Shown one piece after another: positions 10,506 to 22,306 of a DNA stretch of 64,000 nucleotides. The stretch is from positions 1,127,658-1,191,657 of the forward strand of contig JAUPSS010000011.1 in NCBI GenBank assembly GCA_040285825.1, read 5' to 3'. Below the pieces are notes generated by a model. The model did no database searches. It was not told where the DNA came from and was given only the letters and a program-made list of their open reading frames with translations. The stretch's first letter is position 1, and every line of letters starts with the position of its first letter. Source of the DNA: Eukaryota sp. TZLM1-RC. Its lineage: Eukaryota; Protista; Metamonada: BaSk clade. The position numbers and the translations under genes are program-made.

Positions 10506-11081
10506 ATGAGCATGGTAAACTCTAATCAATGTGATGTTTTTAGTGAGGGAGAATATGAATTGTATAACAAATGCAACAACACAATAGAAACGAATAGAAG
10601 CGATGATGAATTTGAAAATAATAATGAAAAATGGAGACATGATTTGGTGTTTAATTTTAATCGGTTGAATTCCTATGCAACAGAAAAAATGGGAAATGTT
10701 GGTGAAAAAATCAATCAAATGATTAATAAAACTGTTGGTGAACTTATTGCTCTTAGTCCTAGTGATGAAATTTATTATGATGCAGGAAAAGATGCAAAGA
10801 AGGAATATAGTAATTATGTTATTATCAACGAACATAACGACACTATTGATGATCTAAGAACAGATGATTTCAGCAAAATGTTGATTGATGAAATCTACAG
10901 AATCAGTACATTTAACTTGTTTGGCAATTTCCGTCATATTGTGAGTTGTAAGAAATTTCTCCAATATAGGTCAGTTCTTCATAATGCCGTTTGTGATGTG
11001 ACATATGAGATGTTCAAGTGTTACAATTTTAGTTGTAAAGTAAAACCGTTGTTGAAGCATTATAGCGATAATAATGTTTAA
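10506..11081 (+). CDS. Unknown acidic/Asn-rich ORF (~139 aa) fused in frame to a family-A zinc-knuckle fragment
   Basis: ATG start; unique sequence to ~10921, then NFRHIVSCKKFLQYRSVLHNAV of family A. Confidence 0.4.
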   Translation: MSMVNSNQCDVFSEGEYELYNKCNNTIETNRSDDEFENNNEKWRHDLVFNFNRLNSYATEKMGNVGEKINQMINKTVGELIALSPSDEIYYDAGKDAKKEYSNYVIINEHNDTIDDLRTDDFSKMLIDEIYRISTFNLFGNFRHIVSCKKFLQYRSVLHNAVCDVTYEMFKCYNFSCKVKPLLKHYSDNNV

Positions 11082-11600
11082 TTCACGTCGAGGTGATTTA
11101 ATTGCGCCTTTTGTGGATTCCTCTCAAGTTGTTGTTGATTTCACTACAGTTGATCCCTTTGCTTTTGTTTATCGTGATGATGTTTTACTTAGTGCTAATG
11201 GTCATTTCAACAAAGCTGAAGATCGTAAGAGAGATAAATATACTGAGATATTAAATGATTTAAATAAGAATCTTTACTCGAAGTGTTCGTTTGTTTCTTT
11301 TGCCTTTTCGATTTTTGGCAACATGGGACAATCCGCCTTGAATTTCATCAATGATTTTGGTAATGTATGTCATTCAAGTGGTGACAATTTTGTAGGGAAT
11401 TTATGTAAGAATCGTATCATTTTCGCTTTGTACAGAAGTGTTCCCAAGTACTTGAGGTAAATGATGTCCAAACTTTATAAGGATTCATCAAGAGTTGGCG
11501 TGGAGAATTCAGTTTCTTATGTGTTTTAGTTTTTTTATTTGATTCTTCGTAGAAAATGATAAAATAATAATAATAGAAAAAAAGACAGAAAACAAAAAAA
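10922..11600 (+). mobile_element. Family A 3' fragment (endonuclease) with tail
   Basis: RRGDL, VVVDFTTVDP, AEDRKRDKY; premature TAA at 11458-11460. Confidence 0.9.
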
Positions 11601-12373
11601 TTTTTCTTACAAAAAAATGGGAAAAGGACAAATTTTTAATTAATGTATATAATCAAATAAATTCGAGAGAACCACAACGCAAGTTAATGGTTCTGGAGAT
11701 AATTAATCGTATCTTCATCACAATAAACTATTTCATCAACCAAATAATCAAATACATACCCATATAAAAATGGCTTTGGAAAATCAAATAAAAGCAAAAT
11801 AAATTAAGGGTAATAGATTCATAGTTCACACATTTTAGAGAATGCAAATATGATGGATTTTGTACAATTCATTGTATCACATGATTAATTTAGAGGTAAC
11901 TGAACGGTTTTACATGCTCAGTACTTCAGAGATGAGCTCAGAGTTGATTTCCAATCATCTCTATGATTCAAGAAATATTGTTTGGTTATTGTGATTGATA
12001 AACTTATTTTACAATTTTGCATCGTATTATTGTCTTTGTACATATTATCCTCAAATTATAAAAATTAAATAAAAAAATAATATGAAAATTAATAAATGAT
12101 ATAAAAGCTAATTATAATCCTCATCCTTCAACTGCTGTTACAGTTGACACTAAAATTTCTGCCGATACTATTTACCAAGGATCATGATGTAGATATATTA
12201 GTTGTTTCACTTTAAACCAAAGTTTTCCAGATTTATCAAAGGTCACCCACTCGATTGTTGGCACAATGACTTTCAACTACTTGTGACTCTTGACACCAAG
12301 GAGTTGAAACCTATTTCAAGATACCTTGAAACTTTATTGAAAATTTTACAGTTCTCAACTGTGTGTGTTTGTT

Positions 12374-12859
12374 ATGAACAAATCACTCGTTACTGAGTAC
12401 CGCTCCCTACAATCAAACCAACAGTTCTTCACAGTTTCTCTTGTTGATAACAACATCTACCTTTGGAGAGTTGTGATCAAGACCTGTTGCTTTGATTCGA
12501 GTTCACCACTGTATCAACATCTGTCATCAACTGGTACTCAAGGTGTGCTTCTAGAGCTTAAGTTTGCTCAGTCCTACACATCAGTCACTCGATCCCCGCC
12601 CTGGTGTCGTATCATTTCCCCAAAGCTATCTGGTGGAGGCATTTACCAAGGATCTGTTCGCTGGGAAGGATTTTATGACTCAAACAGAACAGTGGAATAC
12701 AACATGGAAAACTTACTGGTTGAGTTTGCTCATGTGTTGAGTGTTGAGTGGAGAGCAACTTTCGATGGTATGGCAAAATGGTCAGTGCAAGAAGCCAGGA
12801 AAGGAGAACAGTTCATTCTTGGTGCTCACACAGACTGGAAACAAACAGCCTTTGTGTAG
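12374..12859 (+). CDS. Ubiquitin-conjugating enzyme E2 fold, UBE2Q-like; predicted catalytic Cys replaced by Arg
   Basis: VSLVDNNIYLWRV, FDSSSPLYQHL, LLELKF, SPPWCRIISPKLSGG, GSV[R]WE, YNMENLL match the UBE2Q pattern as I recall it (VEL.ND.LY.W.V, D.DSPL..DL, PPFVRVV.P.LSGG, GA.CME). Confidence 0.75.
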   Translation: MNKSLVTEYRSLQSNQQFFTVSLVDNNIYLWRVVIKTCCFDSSSPLYQHLSSTGTQGVLLELKFAQSYTSVTRSPPWCRIISPKLSGGGIYQGSVRWEGFYDSNRTVEYNMENLLVEFAHVLSVEWRATFDGMAKWSVQEARKGEQFILGAHTDWKQTAFV

Positions 12860-13429
12860 TGTTAATACAGGAAGTTGGGATAAGGTTTTTGTTTCATCAA
12901 ATATGTAATTGACTAATAATGCGAGTAGTGAGTCTGCCATTGATGAAATGTCACAAACTTTTCAATTTGTGAAAAGTAACTTTGAAGGCTTGTCGAATCT
13001 ACTTATGCTCTAAGACTTTATGTGCAATTTTACATTACACTTCTACAACCTGGTGGTTTAGGTGTATCAATCGATTATTTTGGAGCTGCAAGGTAGCGAT
13101 GGTGACAACTAGAAAGCTGTTTAGATAGATTTGCCAACTTGTTTTTCTTAATGTGGATGATCCAAATTTGAAGAGAAATCTTGCTAGATTACACAATATT
13201 CAATACACAGTTTGAAATACAGTGTGAGTCATTAAATGATGACTTCACAACAATAAAAAAAATATCGTGTAATTGGTCAACACAGTGGTGATCACATGTC
13301 CTGGTCGAATCAAATTGTTTAGGCATATTGGAATTTCATTGTTTTCAATAGCCTTGTATGAATTGTTGCTTTTCGTTTCACATAATAATATAGAATAACT
13401 GATATCTTAATACCGTGTTAATAGGGCTT

Positions 13430-14330
13430 TCTGATGAAAAGTATATTGAGTATTTAATCAACAACAACTTTGTTTTGCAAACTTTTTGATTGATCTTGAA
13501 GACAGTTGCTCAAGTTGCCTAATCTCCCAAATTCCCAACATTTATGGCCTTCTTCTTAATGATCACCAATGGACCACTGCAATGAGAATGAGATGTTTTC
13601 TATGGCCTTGTTCATTACCAAATGATTTAATTTGTCGCTGCAAGAGTGTTGTTACGCTTTCCCATATTTTAAACTGTAAGTATTTTATAACTTATCGCTC
13701 ACTTGTTCATGACTCAGTTCGTGATCAATTATATGCCATGTGCACAAGTTTCAATATAGAGGCATTTATTGAGCCACTAGTACGTAAGCTGTCTTCAGAT
13801 CAAACGGATGATTCCTTTGGTAACAGAAGGGCTGATTTAGTAGCTCCAGGGATCGATGGTGTTCTCAATGTTGTAGATGTTGTCTCAGTTGATTTTTGCA
13901 AAAATTCTGCTGCTCGTTTAGTGTATTCCGCTGATTCGCCGCTGTCTAACGCCGAAAAAAGAAGATAAAAAATATGAAGAACCTTTGGCACAATTAGGTA
14001 GAGTGGAACATGTGAAATATCAGTTTGTGCCGTTTGCAATTTCTCATTTTGGCAATATTGGACCTTCAGATTTGCACTTTTTTGAAAATTTTAAAAAAGT
14101 GTTACTGAATAGGTCTGGTAAAACAATCAACTCCACTTTCTGGTTAAATAGAATTGTTTTTTGCTTTTTCAAGTCTATTCTTACAATGATTTCAAAGACA
14201 CTTTTAGCTATCGGTGTAGAATATGAACGTAATGCAGTGAATAGGTTCAGTAATATTGACGCTTGTTTGGAGGATATTGAATTCTAGATGGGTTTTTTAT
14301 CTCAATAAATATTCCAGTTTTAAAAGAATC
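13430..14330 (+). mobile_element. Family B 3' fragment
   Basis: CCHC knuckle, HDSVRD, RRADLV, VVDVVSVD; frameshift in an A-run near 13960. Confidence 0.85.
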
Positions 14331-14439
14331 AACAACAAATTATCAAAAGCATTCCTGGCAATTGTTTGGATCAATTCAGTATATCAATCTAAATGACTTG
14401 ACATTCCAAATATTGAATGAATTGACTTTGTGTAGTTCG

Positions 14440-15110
14440 TGCCAATTTCCGTCATATCGTGAGTTGTAAGAAATTTCTCCAATATAGGTCAGTTCTTCAT
14501 AATGCCGTTCGTGATGTGACATATGAGATGTTCAAGTGTTACAATTTCAGTTGCAAAGCAGAACCTTTGTTGAAGCATTATAGTGATGATAATCTGTTTA
14601 ATTCACGTCGAGGTGATTTAATTGCTCCTTTTGTGGATTCCTGTCAAGTTGTTGTTGATTTCACTACAGTTGATCCCTTTGCTTTTGTTTATCGCGATGA
14701 TGTTTTACTTCGCATTAATGGTCATTTAAACAAGGCTGAAGATCGTAAGACAGATAAATATACTGAGATATTAATTGATTTAAATAAGAATCTTTACTCG
14801 AAGTTTTCGTTTGTTTCTTTTGCCTTTTCGATTCTTGGCAACATGGGACAATCCGCCTTGAATTTCATCAATGATTTTGGTAATTTATGTCATTCAAGTG
14901 GTGACAATTTTGTAGGGAATTTATGTAAGAATCGTATCATTTTCGCTTTGTACAGAAGTGTTCCCAAGTACTTGAGCTAAATGATGTCCAAACTTTATAA
15001 GGATTCATCAAGAGTTGGCGTGGAGAATTTAGTTTCTTATGTGTTTTAGTTTTTTTATTTGATTCTTCGTGGAAAATGATAAAATAATAATAATAGAAAA
15101 AAGACAGAAA
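14440..15110 (+). mobile_element. Family A 3' fragment with tail
   Basis: Duplicate of 10922-11600. Confidence 0.9.
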
Positions 15111-15890
15111 ACAAAAAATTTTTTTTACAAAAAATAGGAAAATGACAAATTTTTAATTAATGTATATAATCAAATAAATTCGAGAGAACCACAACACAAG
15201 TTAATGGTTCTGGAGATGATTAATCGTATCTTCCTCACAATAAACTATTTCATTAACCAAATAATCAAATACATACACATATAAAAATGGCTTTGGAAAA
15301 TCAAATAAAATCAAAATAAATTAAGGGTAATAGATTCATAGTTCACACATTTGAGAGAATGCAAATATGATGGATTTTGTACAATTCATTGTATCACATG
15401 ATTAATTTAGAGGTAACTGAAGGGTTTTACAAGCTCAGTACTTCAGAGATGAGCTCAGAGTTGATTTCAAATCATCTCTGTGATTCAAGAAATATTGTTT
15501 GGTTATTGTGATTGATAAACTTATTTTACAATTTTGCATCGTATTATTGTCTTTGTACATATTATCCTCAAATTATAAAAATTAAATAAAAAAATAATAT
15601 AAGAATTAATAAATGATATAAAAGCTAATTATAATCCTCATCCTTCAAATGCTGTTACAGTTGACACTAAAATTTCTGCCGATACTATTTACCAAGGATC
15701 AGGATGTAGATATATTAGTTGTTTCCCTTTCAACCAAAGTTTTCCAGATTTATCAAAGGTCACCCACTCGATTGTTGGCACAATGACTTTCAACTACTTG
15801 TGACTCTTGACACCAAGGAGTTGAAACCTATCTCAAGATACCTTGAAACTTTATTGAAAATTTTACAGTTCTCAACTGTGTGTGTTTGTT

Positions 15891-16376
15891 ATGAACAAAT
15901 CACTCGTTACTGAGTACCGCTCCCTACAATCAAACCAACAGTTCTTCACAGTTTCTCTTGTTGATAACAACATCTACCTTTGGAGAGTTGTGATCAAGAC
16001 CTGTTGCTTTGATTCGAGTTCACCACTGTATCAACATCTGTCATCAACTGGTACTCAAGGTGTGCCTCTAGAGCTTAAGTTTGCTCAGTCCTACACATCA
16101 GTCACTCGATCCCCGCCCTGGTGTCGTATCATTTCCCCAAAGCTATCTGGTGGAGGCATTTACCAAGGATCTGTTCGGTGGGAATGATTTTATGACACAA
16201 ACAGAACAGTGGAATACAACATGGAAAACTTACTGGTTGAGTTTGCTCATGTGTTGAGTGTTGAGTGGAGAGCAACTTTCGATGGTATGGCAGAATGGTC
16301 AGTGCAAGAAGCCAGGAAAGGAGAACAGTTCATACTTGGTGCTCACACAGACTGGAAACAAACAGCCTTTGTGTAG
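15891..16376 (+). pseudogene. UBE2Q-like copy 2, nonsense-truncated
   Basis: GSVRWE then TGA at 16185-16187 (GGA in copy 1). Confidence 0.75.
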
Positions 16377-16944
16377 TGTTAATACAGGAAGTTGGGATAA
16401 GGTTTTTGTTTCATCAAATATGTAATTGACTAATAATGCGAGTAGTGAGTCTGCCATTGATGAAATGTCACAAACTTTTCAATTTGTGAAAAGTAACTTT
16501 GAAGGCTTGTCGAATCTACTTATGCTCTAAGACTTTATGTGCAATTTTACATTACACTTCTACAACCTGGTGGTTTAGGTGTATCAATCGATTATTTTGG
16601 AGCTGCAAGGTAGCGATGGTGACAACTAGAAAGCTGTTTAGATAGATTTGCCAACTTGTTTTTCTTAATGTGGATGATCCAAATTTGAAGAGAAATCTTG
16701 CTAGATTACACAATATTCAATACACAGTTTGAAATACAGTGTGAATCATTAAATGATGACTTGACAACAATAAAAGAAATATCGTGTAATTGGTCAACAC
16801 AGTGGTGATCACATGTCCTGGTTGAATCAAATTTTTTAGGCATATTGGAATTTCATTGTTTTCAATAGCCTTGTATGAATTGTTGCTTTTCGTTTCACAT
16901 AGTAATGTAGAATAACTGATATCTTAATTCCGTGTTAATAGGGC

Positions 16945-17628
16945 TTTCTGATGAAAAGTATATTGAGTATTTAATCAACAACAACTTTGTTTTGCAAACT
17001 TTTTGATTGATCTTGAAGACAGTTGCTCAAGTTGCCTAATCTCCCAAATTCCCAACATTTATGGCCTTCTTCTGAATGATCACCAATGGACCACTGCAAC
17101 GAGAATGAGATGTTTTCTATGGCCTTGTTCATTACCAAATGATTTAATTTGTCGCTGCAAGAGTGTTGTTACGCTTTCCCATATTTTAAACTGTAAGTAT
17201 TTCATAACTTATCGCTCAATTGTTCATGACTCAGTTCGTGATCAATTATATACCATGTGCAAAAGTTTCAATATAGAGGCATTTATTGAGCCACTAGTAC
17301 GTAAGCTGTCTTCAGATCAAACTGATGATTCCTTTGGTAAAAGAAGGGCAGATTTAGTAGCTCCAGGGACCGATGGTGTTCTCATTGTTGTAGATGTTGT
17401 CTCAGTTGATGTTTGCAAAAATTCTGCTGCTCGTTTAGTGTATTCCGCTGATTCGCTGCTGTCTACGCCGAAAAAAGAAGATAAAAAATATGAAGAACCT
17501 TTGGCACAATTAGGTAGAGTGGAACATGTGAAATATCAGTTTGTGCCGTTTGCAATTTCTCATTTTGGCAATATTGGACCTTCAGGGTTGCACTTTTTTG
17601 AAAATTTTAAAAAGGTGTTACTGAATAG
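16945..17628 (+). mobile_element. Family B fragment, truncated at both ends
   Basis: Knuckle + RRADLV...KKYEEPL...FVPFAISHFG; homology stops at CTGAATAG near 17628. Confidence 0.85.
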
Positions 17629-17867
17629 TTTGTTTGGAATTGTGTTAAATTCCAGGAACTTCACCAGTGAGATCGTGAAAGATTGTGAGAGATTGTAGAA
17701 AACTAATGAAACTTTTTGTAAAGTTTCATTAAAACTATACTTTAAAACTAATGAAAGGAATTACTGTCGTAACACAACTCAGACATTATGTAAACAATGA
17801 ATTTTACATGTTTGACATTAAGAGATATCCTTTTTGATCAGGTTTTCTACTAGCTTTTATTTCAAGA

Positions 17868-18312
17868 ATGTCTCGTTCTCCACAACTAGGACGTTTCTAC
17901 TCAAACCATCAAGGTGACTTCAGGACCAAAAAAAACCCGTAAATTTGTGACATCAGAACTGCCAGGATTTCACCTAGAAGACAAAATCAAAATCAAACTG
18001 TATTCTAAAACTATGAGAGATGCACCAGAACGTCTGAACAAAATGATTTTATGTAAAGAAGAAACAACAGATGCAGTTCACTTTAAATGTCGTCAACTGA
18101 GTGCCTTTCCATGGAAGGTAGAACACCATAAAGCATCAGCAAGCAGAACTACAGAGGAAGTGGTCGAGCTATGGGAACCTAGCTATCAAGAAGTTAGGTT
18201 TGTTGAGGATCATGAAGAGGTGTTAAGTGTTGGAGAAAAAGGAAAGATCATTGAAGAATATGACTCTGAACTAGAAGAACAGTCTTTTGAAGAAGCAGCT
18301 GGTATTTCTTGA
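17868..18312 (+). pseudogene. Unknown 147-aa ORF (MSRSPQ...), copy with +1 A frameshift
   Basis: Near-identical to the intact ORF 54443-54886; extra A in the run near 17930. Confidence 0.5.
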
Positions 18313-18643
18313 AAACCATTCTCATCAGTGATTTTGTCTGTATTATGATGCTTAATAGAACAAATGACATGGAATTTTAGTATAAAGGATCATGGATTGA
18401 GTCTATTTTTGATGGTTACTGAAGCAATTATTTTATAAAAGTAATTGAGGGAATGCTTTTCATTATCTTTTGATATATAATTTTTGAACAAAAATGGTCT
18501 TTTAAAAATCATCACAGATATTGAGACTTTGTCTCTAGTAATCAAGAGAGAAACCATAATATAATAAAAAATAAATCAATAATAGAAAAAAAAGTTAAAT
18601 CGATTCTGTCAGGTATTTTGGAAAAAATCGAAGAGCAATATGT

Positions 18644-20275
18644 GTGTGTATTCATATATGTGCTTATGCAGATGATTTATCACTTATTGGCCCTTTGTCT
18701 CTTTTACAACACGGTTTACAGCATTTTGTTTTTCTGGCCAAACAAATAGGGTTAGACATTAAATTGCCCAAGTGTTTCATTATTGGTAATCAACATGCGG
18801 AGGTGGTATTTAAAGAAACTTTTATCAAATACGTTGATTACGAGGAAGATGCTATTCGGTTTCTTGGATCTTATTTTGGAAATAGTGAAAAAGTTAAATC
18901 GATTTTGTCAGGTATTTTGGAAAAAATCGAAGAGCAACTTTTGGCAATTCAAGATCTACAAATTGACAAACATTTAGCGTTTTCGGTCCTCAATGTGTGT
19001 TTTGGATCAAAAATTAATCATCTTCTTCGTTCTTTATCTCCCACAATTTCTCATGATTTTGCACGTCAATTCAATACTTTGAGAACAAATTTTTTAGGAA
19101 ATTTAGTAGAAGTTTGTCCATCTAAAATTCCTTATCATGCATTTTTTAGTCCTAAATTTGGTGGAGTTGGTTTTTCAAAAGCAGAATATTTATGCAAAAG
19201 TGCTTTTATTGGTGGTATGACAAATTTTCTTTTTGAATGGAAACTTCGTTTTGATCATATTCCTTTAAATGAATCACATCCTTTATTCATTTCTCTTGAA
19301 AAAATGGTGCAAGAACTACCTGTTGATATTTGGAATAAGAGTTTTCCTTCAAGTTTGCCTGCTGTGCCTTCGAGATCTTTCACCAACCTTCATCTTGCTG
19401 TTGTGAAATTACAGAAGTCTGTTCTTATTGGTTTTGAAGACCTGGATTTTTCTAAACGACTTAGTGTGACTAAGATTAATAATCCCGTCTTTGCTGCCTT
19501 TTTAGCAGACATTCAGAACTGTAATAGTTTAATATCTCAGCAACCAAGGCCATTTGGTCTTCACTTAACAAATGGAGCTTGGAAACAAAACATGCGGTTG
19601 AGATTAGGGATGTATCCAAGTGGTCTTTTGGACAATTCTTATTGTATTTGTAACAAAAAACCTACTGCCAATTTTCGTCATATTGTGAGCTGCAAGAAAT
19701 TTCTCCAATATCGGTCAGTTCTTCATAATGCCGTTCGTGATGTGACATATGAGATGTTCAAGTGTTACAATTTTAGTTGCAAAGTAGAACCTTTGTTGAA
19801 GCATTATAGTGATGATAATCTTTTTAATTCACGTCGAGGTGATTTAATTGCTCCATTTGTGGATTCCTCTCAAGTTGTTGTTGATTTCACTACAGTTGAT
19901 CCCTTTGCTTTGGTTTATCGCGATGATGTTTTACTTAGTACTAATGGCCATTTAAACAAGGCTGAAGATCGTAAGAGAGATAAATATACTGAGATATTAA
20001 ATGATTTAAATAAGAACCTTTATTCGAAGTTTTCGTTTGTTCCTTTTGCCTTTTCGATTTTTGGCAACATTGGACAATCCGCCATGAATTTCATCAATGA
20101 TTTTGGTAATTTATGTCGTTCAAGTGGTAAGAATTTTGCAGAGAATTTATGGAAAAATCGTATCATTTTCGCTTTGTACAGAAGTGTTCCCAAGTACTTG
20201 AGTTTAATGATGTCTAAACTTTATAAGGATTCATCAAGAGTTGGCGTGGAGAATTTAGTTTCTTATGTGTTTTAG
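18644..20275 (+). CDS. Partial RT (from YADD) + zinc knuckle + RLE open frame of family A; no true start
   Basis: 543-codon open frame with AYADD, thumb, CCHC, RRGDL/DFTTVDP/AEDRKRDKY. Confidence 0.8.
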   Translation: MCIHICAYADDLSLIGPLSLLQHGLQHFVFLAKQIGLDIKLPKCFIIGNQHAEVVFKETFIKYVDYEEDAIRFLGSYFGNSEKVKSILSGILEKIEEQLLAIQDLQIDKHLAFSVLNVCFGSKINHLLRSLSPTISHDFARQFNTLRTNFLGNLVEVCPSKIPYHAFFSPKFGGVGFSKAEYLCKSAFIGGMTNFLFEWKLRFDHIPLNESHPLFISLEKMVQELPVDIWNKSFPSSLPAVPSRSFTNLHLAVVKLQKSVLIGFEDLDFSKRLSVTKINNPVFAAFLADIQNCNSLISQQPRPFGLHLTNGAWKQNMRLRLGMYPSGLLDNSYCICNKKPTANFRHIVSCKKFLQYRSVLHNAVRDVTYEMFKCYNFSCKVEPLLKHYSDDNLFNSRRGDLIAPFVDSSQVVVDFTTVDPFALVYRDDVLLSTNGHLNKAEDRKRDKYTEILNDLNKNLYSKFSFVPFAFSIFGNIGQSAMNFINDFGNLCRSSGKNFAENLWKNRIIFALYRSVPKYLSLMMSKLYKDSSRVGVENLVSYVF

Positions 20276-20515
20276 TTTGTTTTGTTTTTATTTGATTCTT
20301 TATATAAAATTTAATAAAAAATAAATAAATTTTTTTCCGTCCTTATCAGTTCGCTATCGGAATTCCTGATGGCACAACATGTGCTGCGTTGTGTACAGAT
20401 TTACTTTTCAATCAAAAAGGCGAAAATTATTTATTGAACATTGATTTTAAAAATGCTTTCAACTCGGTTTTTCTCCAGTATTTTGTAAGAACTTGAACTA
20501 CACTATCCTCCACTT

Positions 20516-22306
20516 TTGCCGTATTTTAAATTGATGTATGGATCACCCTCTAACTTAATTTTTCATTCTGAGAATATTGTTTCGTCAAGAGGGGTCAAAC
20601 AAGGGGATCCATTGGGTCCATTCTTCTTTTGCTTAGCACTGCAATCAGTTTTGGTAAAATTTAAGTCGGATTTTCCTGACATTCATATATGTGCTTATGC
20701 AGATGATTTATCACTTATTGGCCCTTTGTCTCTTTTACAACACGGTTTACAGCATTTTGTTTTTCTGGCCAAACAAATAGATTTAGACATTAAATTGCCC
20801 AAGTGTTTCATTATTGGTAATCAACATGCGGAGGTGGTATTTAAAGAAACTTTTATCAAATACGTTGATTACGAGGAAGATGCTATTCGGTTTCTTGGAT
20901 CTTATTTTGGAAATAGTGAAAAAGTTAAATCGATTTTGTCAGGTATTTTGGAAAAAATCGAAGAGCAACTTTTGGCAATTCAAGATCTACAAATTGACAA
21001 ACATTTAGCGTTTTCGGTCCTCAATGTGTGTTTTGGATCAAAAATTAATCATCTTCTTCGTTCTTTATCTCCCACAATTTCTCATGATTTTGCATGTCAA
21101 TTCAATACTTTGAGAACAAATTTTTTAGGAAATTTAGTAGAAGTTTGTCCATCTAAAATTCCTTATCATGCATTTTTTAGTCCTAAATTTGGTGGAGTTG
21201 GTTTTTCAAAAGCAGAATATTTATGCAAAAGTGGTTTTATTGGTGGTATGACAAATTTTCTTTTTGAATGGAAACTTCGTTTTGATCATATTCCTTTAAA
21301 TGAATCACATCCTTTATTCATTTCTCTTGAAAAAATGGTGCAAGAACTACCTGTTGATATTTGGAATAAGAGTTTTCCTTCAAGTTTGCCTGCTGTGCCT
21401 TCGAGATCTTTCACCAACCTTCATCTTGCTGTTGTGAAATTACAGAAGTCTGTTCTTATTGGTTTTGAAGACCTGGATTTTTCTAAACGACTTAGTGTGA
21501 CTAAGATTAATAATCCCGTCTTTGCTGCCTTTTTAGCAGACATTCAGAACTGTACTAGTTTAATATCTCAGCAACCAAGGCCATTTGGTCTTCACTTAAC
21601 AAATGGAGCTTGGAAACAAAACATGCGGTTGAGATTAGGGATGTATCCAAGTGGTCTTTTGGACAATTCTTATTGTATTTGTAACAAAAAACCTACTGCC
21701 AATTTTCGTCATATTGTGAGCTGCAAGAAATTTCTCCAATATCGGTCAGTTCTTCATAATGCCGTTCGTGATGTGACATATGAGATGTTCAAGTGTTACA
21801 ATTTTAGTTGCAAAGTAGAACCTTTGTTGAAGCATTATAGTGATGATAATCTTTTTAATTCACGTCGAGGTGATTTAATTGCTCCATTTGTGGATTCCTC
21901 TCAAGTTGTTGTTGATTTCACTACAGTTGATCCCTTTGCTTTGGTTTATCGCGATGATGTTTTACTTAGTACTAATGGCCATTTAAACAAGGCTGAAGAT
22001 CGTAAGAGAGATAAATATACTGAGATATTAAATGATTTAAATAAGAACCTTTATTCGAAGTTTTCGTTTGTTCCTTTTGCCTTTTCGATTTTTGGCAACA
22101 TTGGACAATCCGCCATAAATTTCATCAATGATTTTGGTAATTTATGTCGTTCAAGTGGTAAGAATTTTGCAGAGAATTTATGGAAAAATCGTATCATTTT
22201 CGCTTTGTACAGAAGTGTTCCCAAGTACTTGAGTTTAATGATGTCTAAACTTTATAAGGATTCATCAAGAGTTGGCGTGGAGAATTTAGTTTCTTATGTG
22301 TTTTAG
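20516..22306 (+). CDS. Partial RT + zinc knuckle + RLE open frame of family A (596 aa); N-terminal RT domains missing
   Basis: QGDPLGP and YADD present; preceded by in-frame TAA (20486-20488) and a 2-bp deletion after DFKNAFN. Confidence 0.85.
   Translation: MPYFKLMYGSPSNLIFHSENIVSSRGVKQGDPLGPFFFCLALQSVLVKFKSDFPDIHICAYADDLSLIGPLSLLQHGLQHFVFLAKQIDLDIKLPKCFIIGNQHAEVVFKETFIKYVDYEEDAIRFLGSYFGNSEKVKSILSGILEKIEEQLLAIQDLQIDKHLAFSVLNVCFGSKINHLLRSLSPTISHDFACQFNTLRTNFLGNLVEVCPSKIPYHAFFSPKFGGVGFSKAEYLCKSGFIGGMTNFLFEWKLRFDHIPLNESHPLFISLEKMVQELPVDIWNKSFPSSLPAVPSRSFTNLHLAVVKLQKSVLIGFEDLDFSKRLSVTKINNPVFAAFLADIQNCTSLISQQPRPFGLHLTNGAWKQNMRLRLGMYPSGLLDNSYCICNKKPTANFRHIVSCKKFLQYRSVLHNAVRDVTYEMFKCYNFSCKVEPLLKHYSDDNLFNSRRGDLIAPFVDSSQVVVDFTTVDPFALVYRDDVLLSTNGHLNKAEDRKRDKYTEILNDLNKNLYSKFSFVPFAFSIFGNIGQSAINFINDFGNLCRSSGKNFAENLWKNRIIFALYRSVPKYLSLMMSKLYKDSSRVGVENLVSYVF

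Larger units (their letters stand above)
10922..17628. repeat. 3517-bp tandem duplication (family A 3' end + spacer + UBE2Q-like + family B), ~1.9 units
   Basis: Homologous ORFs offset by exactly 3517 (12202/15719, 12365/15882, 13486/17003); further copy at ~55950-59500. Confidence 0.9.

Noticed and set aside
12202-12396. Conserved 64-aa ORF upstream of the UBE2Q-like copies
   Set aside because: TTG start, no motif; conservation is explained by recent duplication
20486-20488. TAA read as Gln (SIL*ELE; saposin DAL*KL), suggesting a reassigned genetic code
   Set aside because: The three >1000-aa genes contain many Gln but no in-frame TAA/TAG and end in TAA; other internal stops correspond to Leu or Tyr in sister copies
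20516-22306. RT as a DGR, retron, group II intron or telomerase RT
   Set aside because: QGDPLGP/YADD followed by a CCHC knuckle and restriction-like endonuclease, with A-rich tails, identifies a non-LTR RLE element
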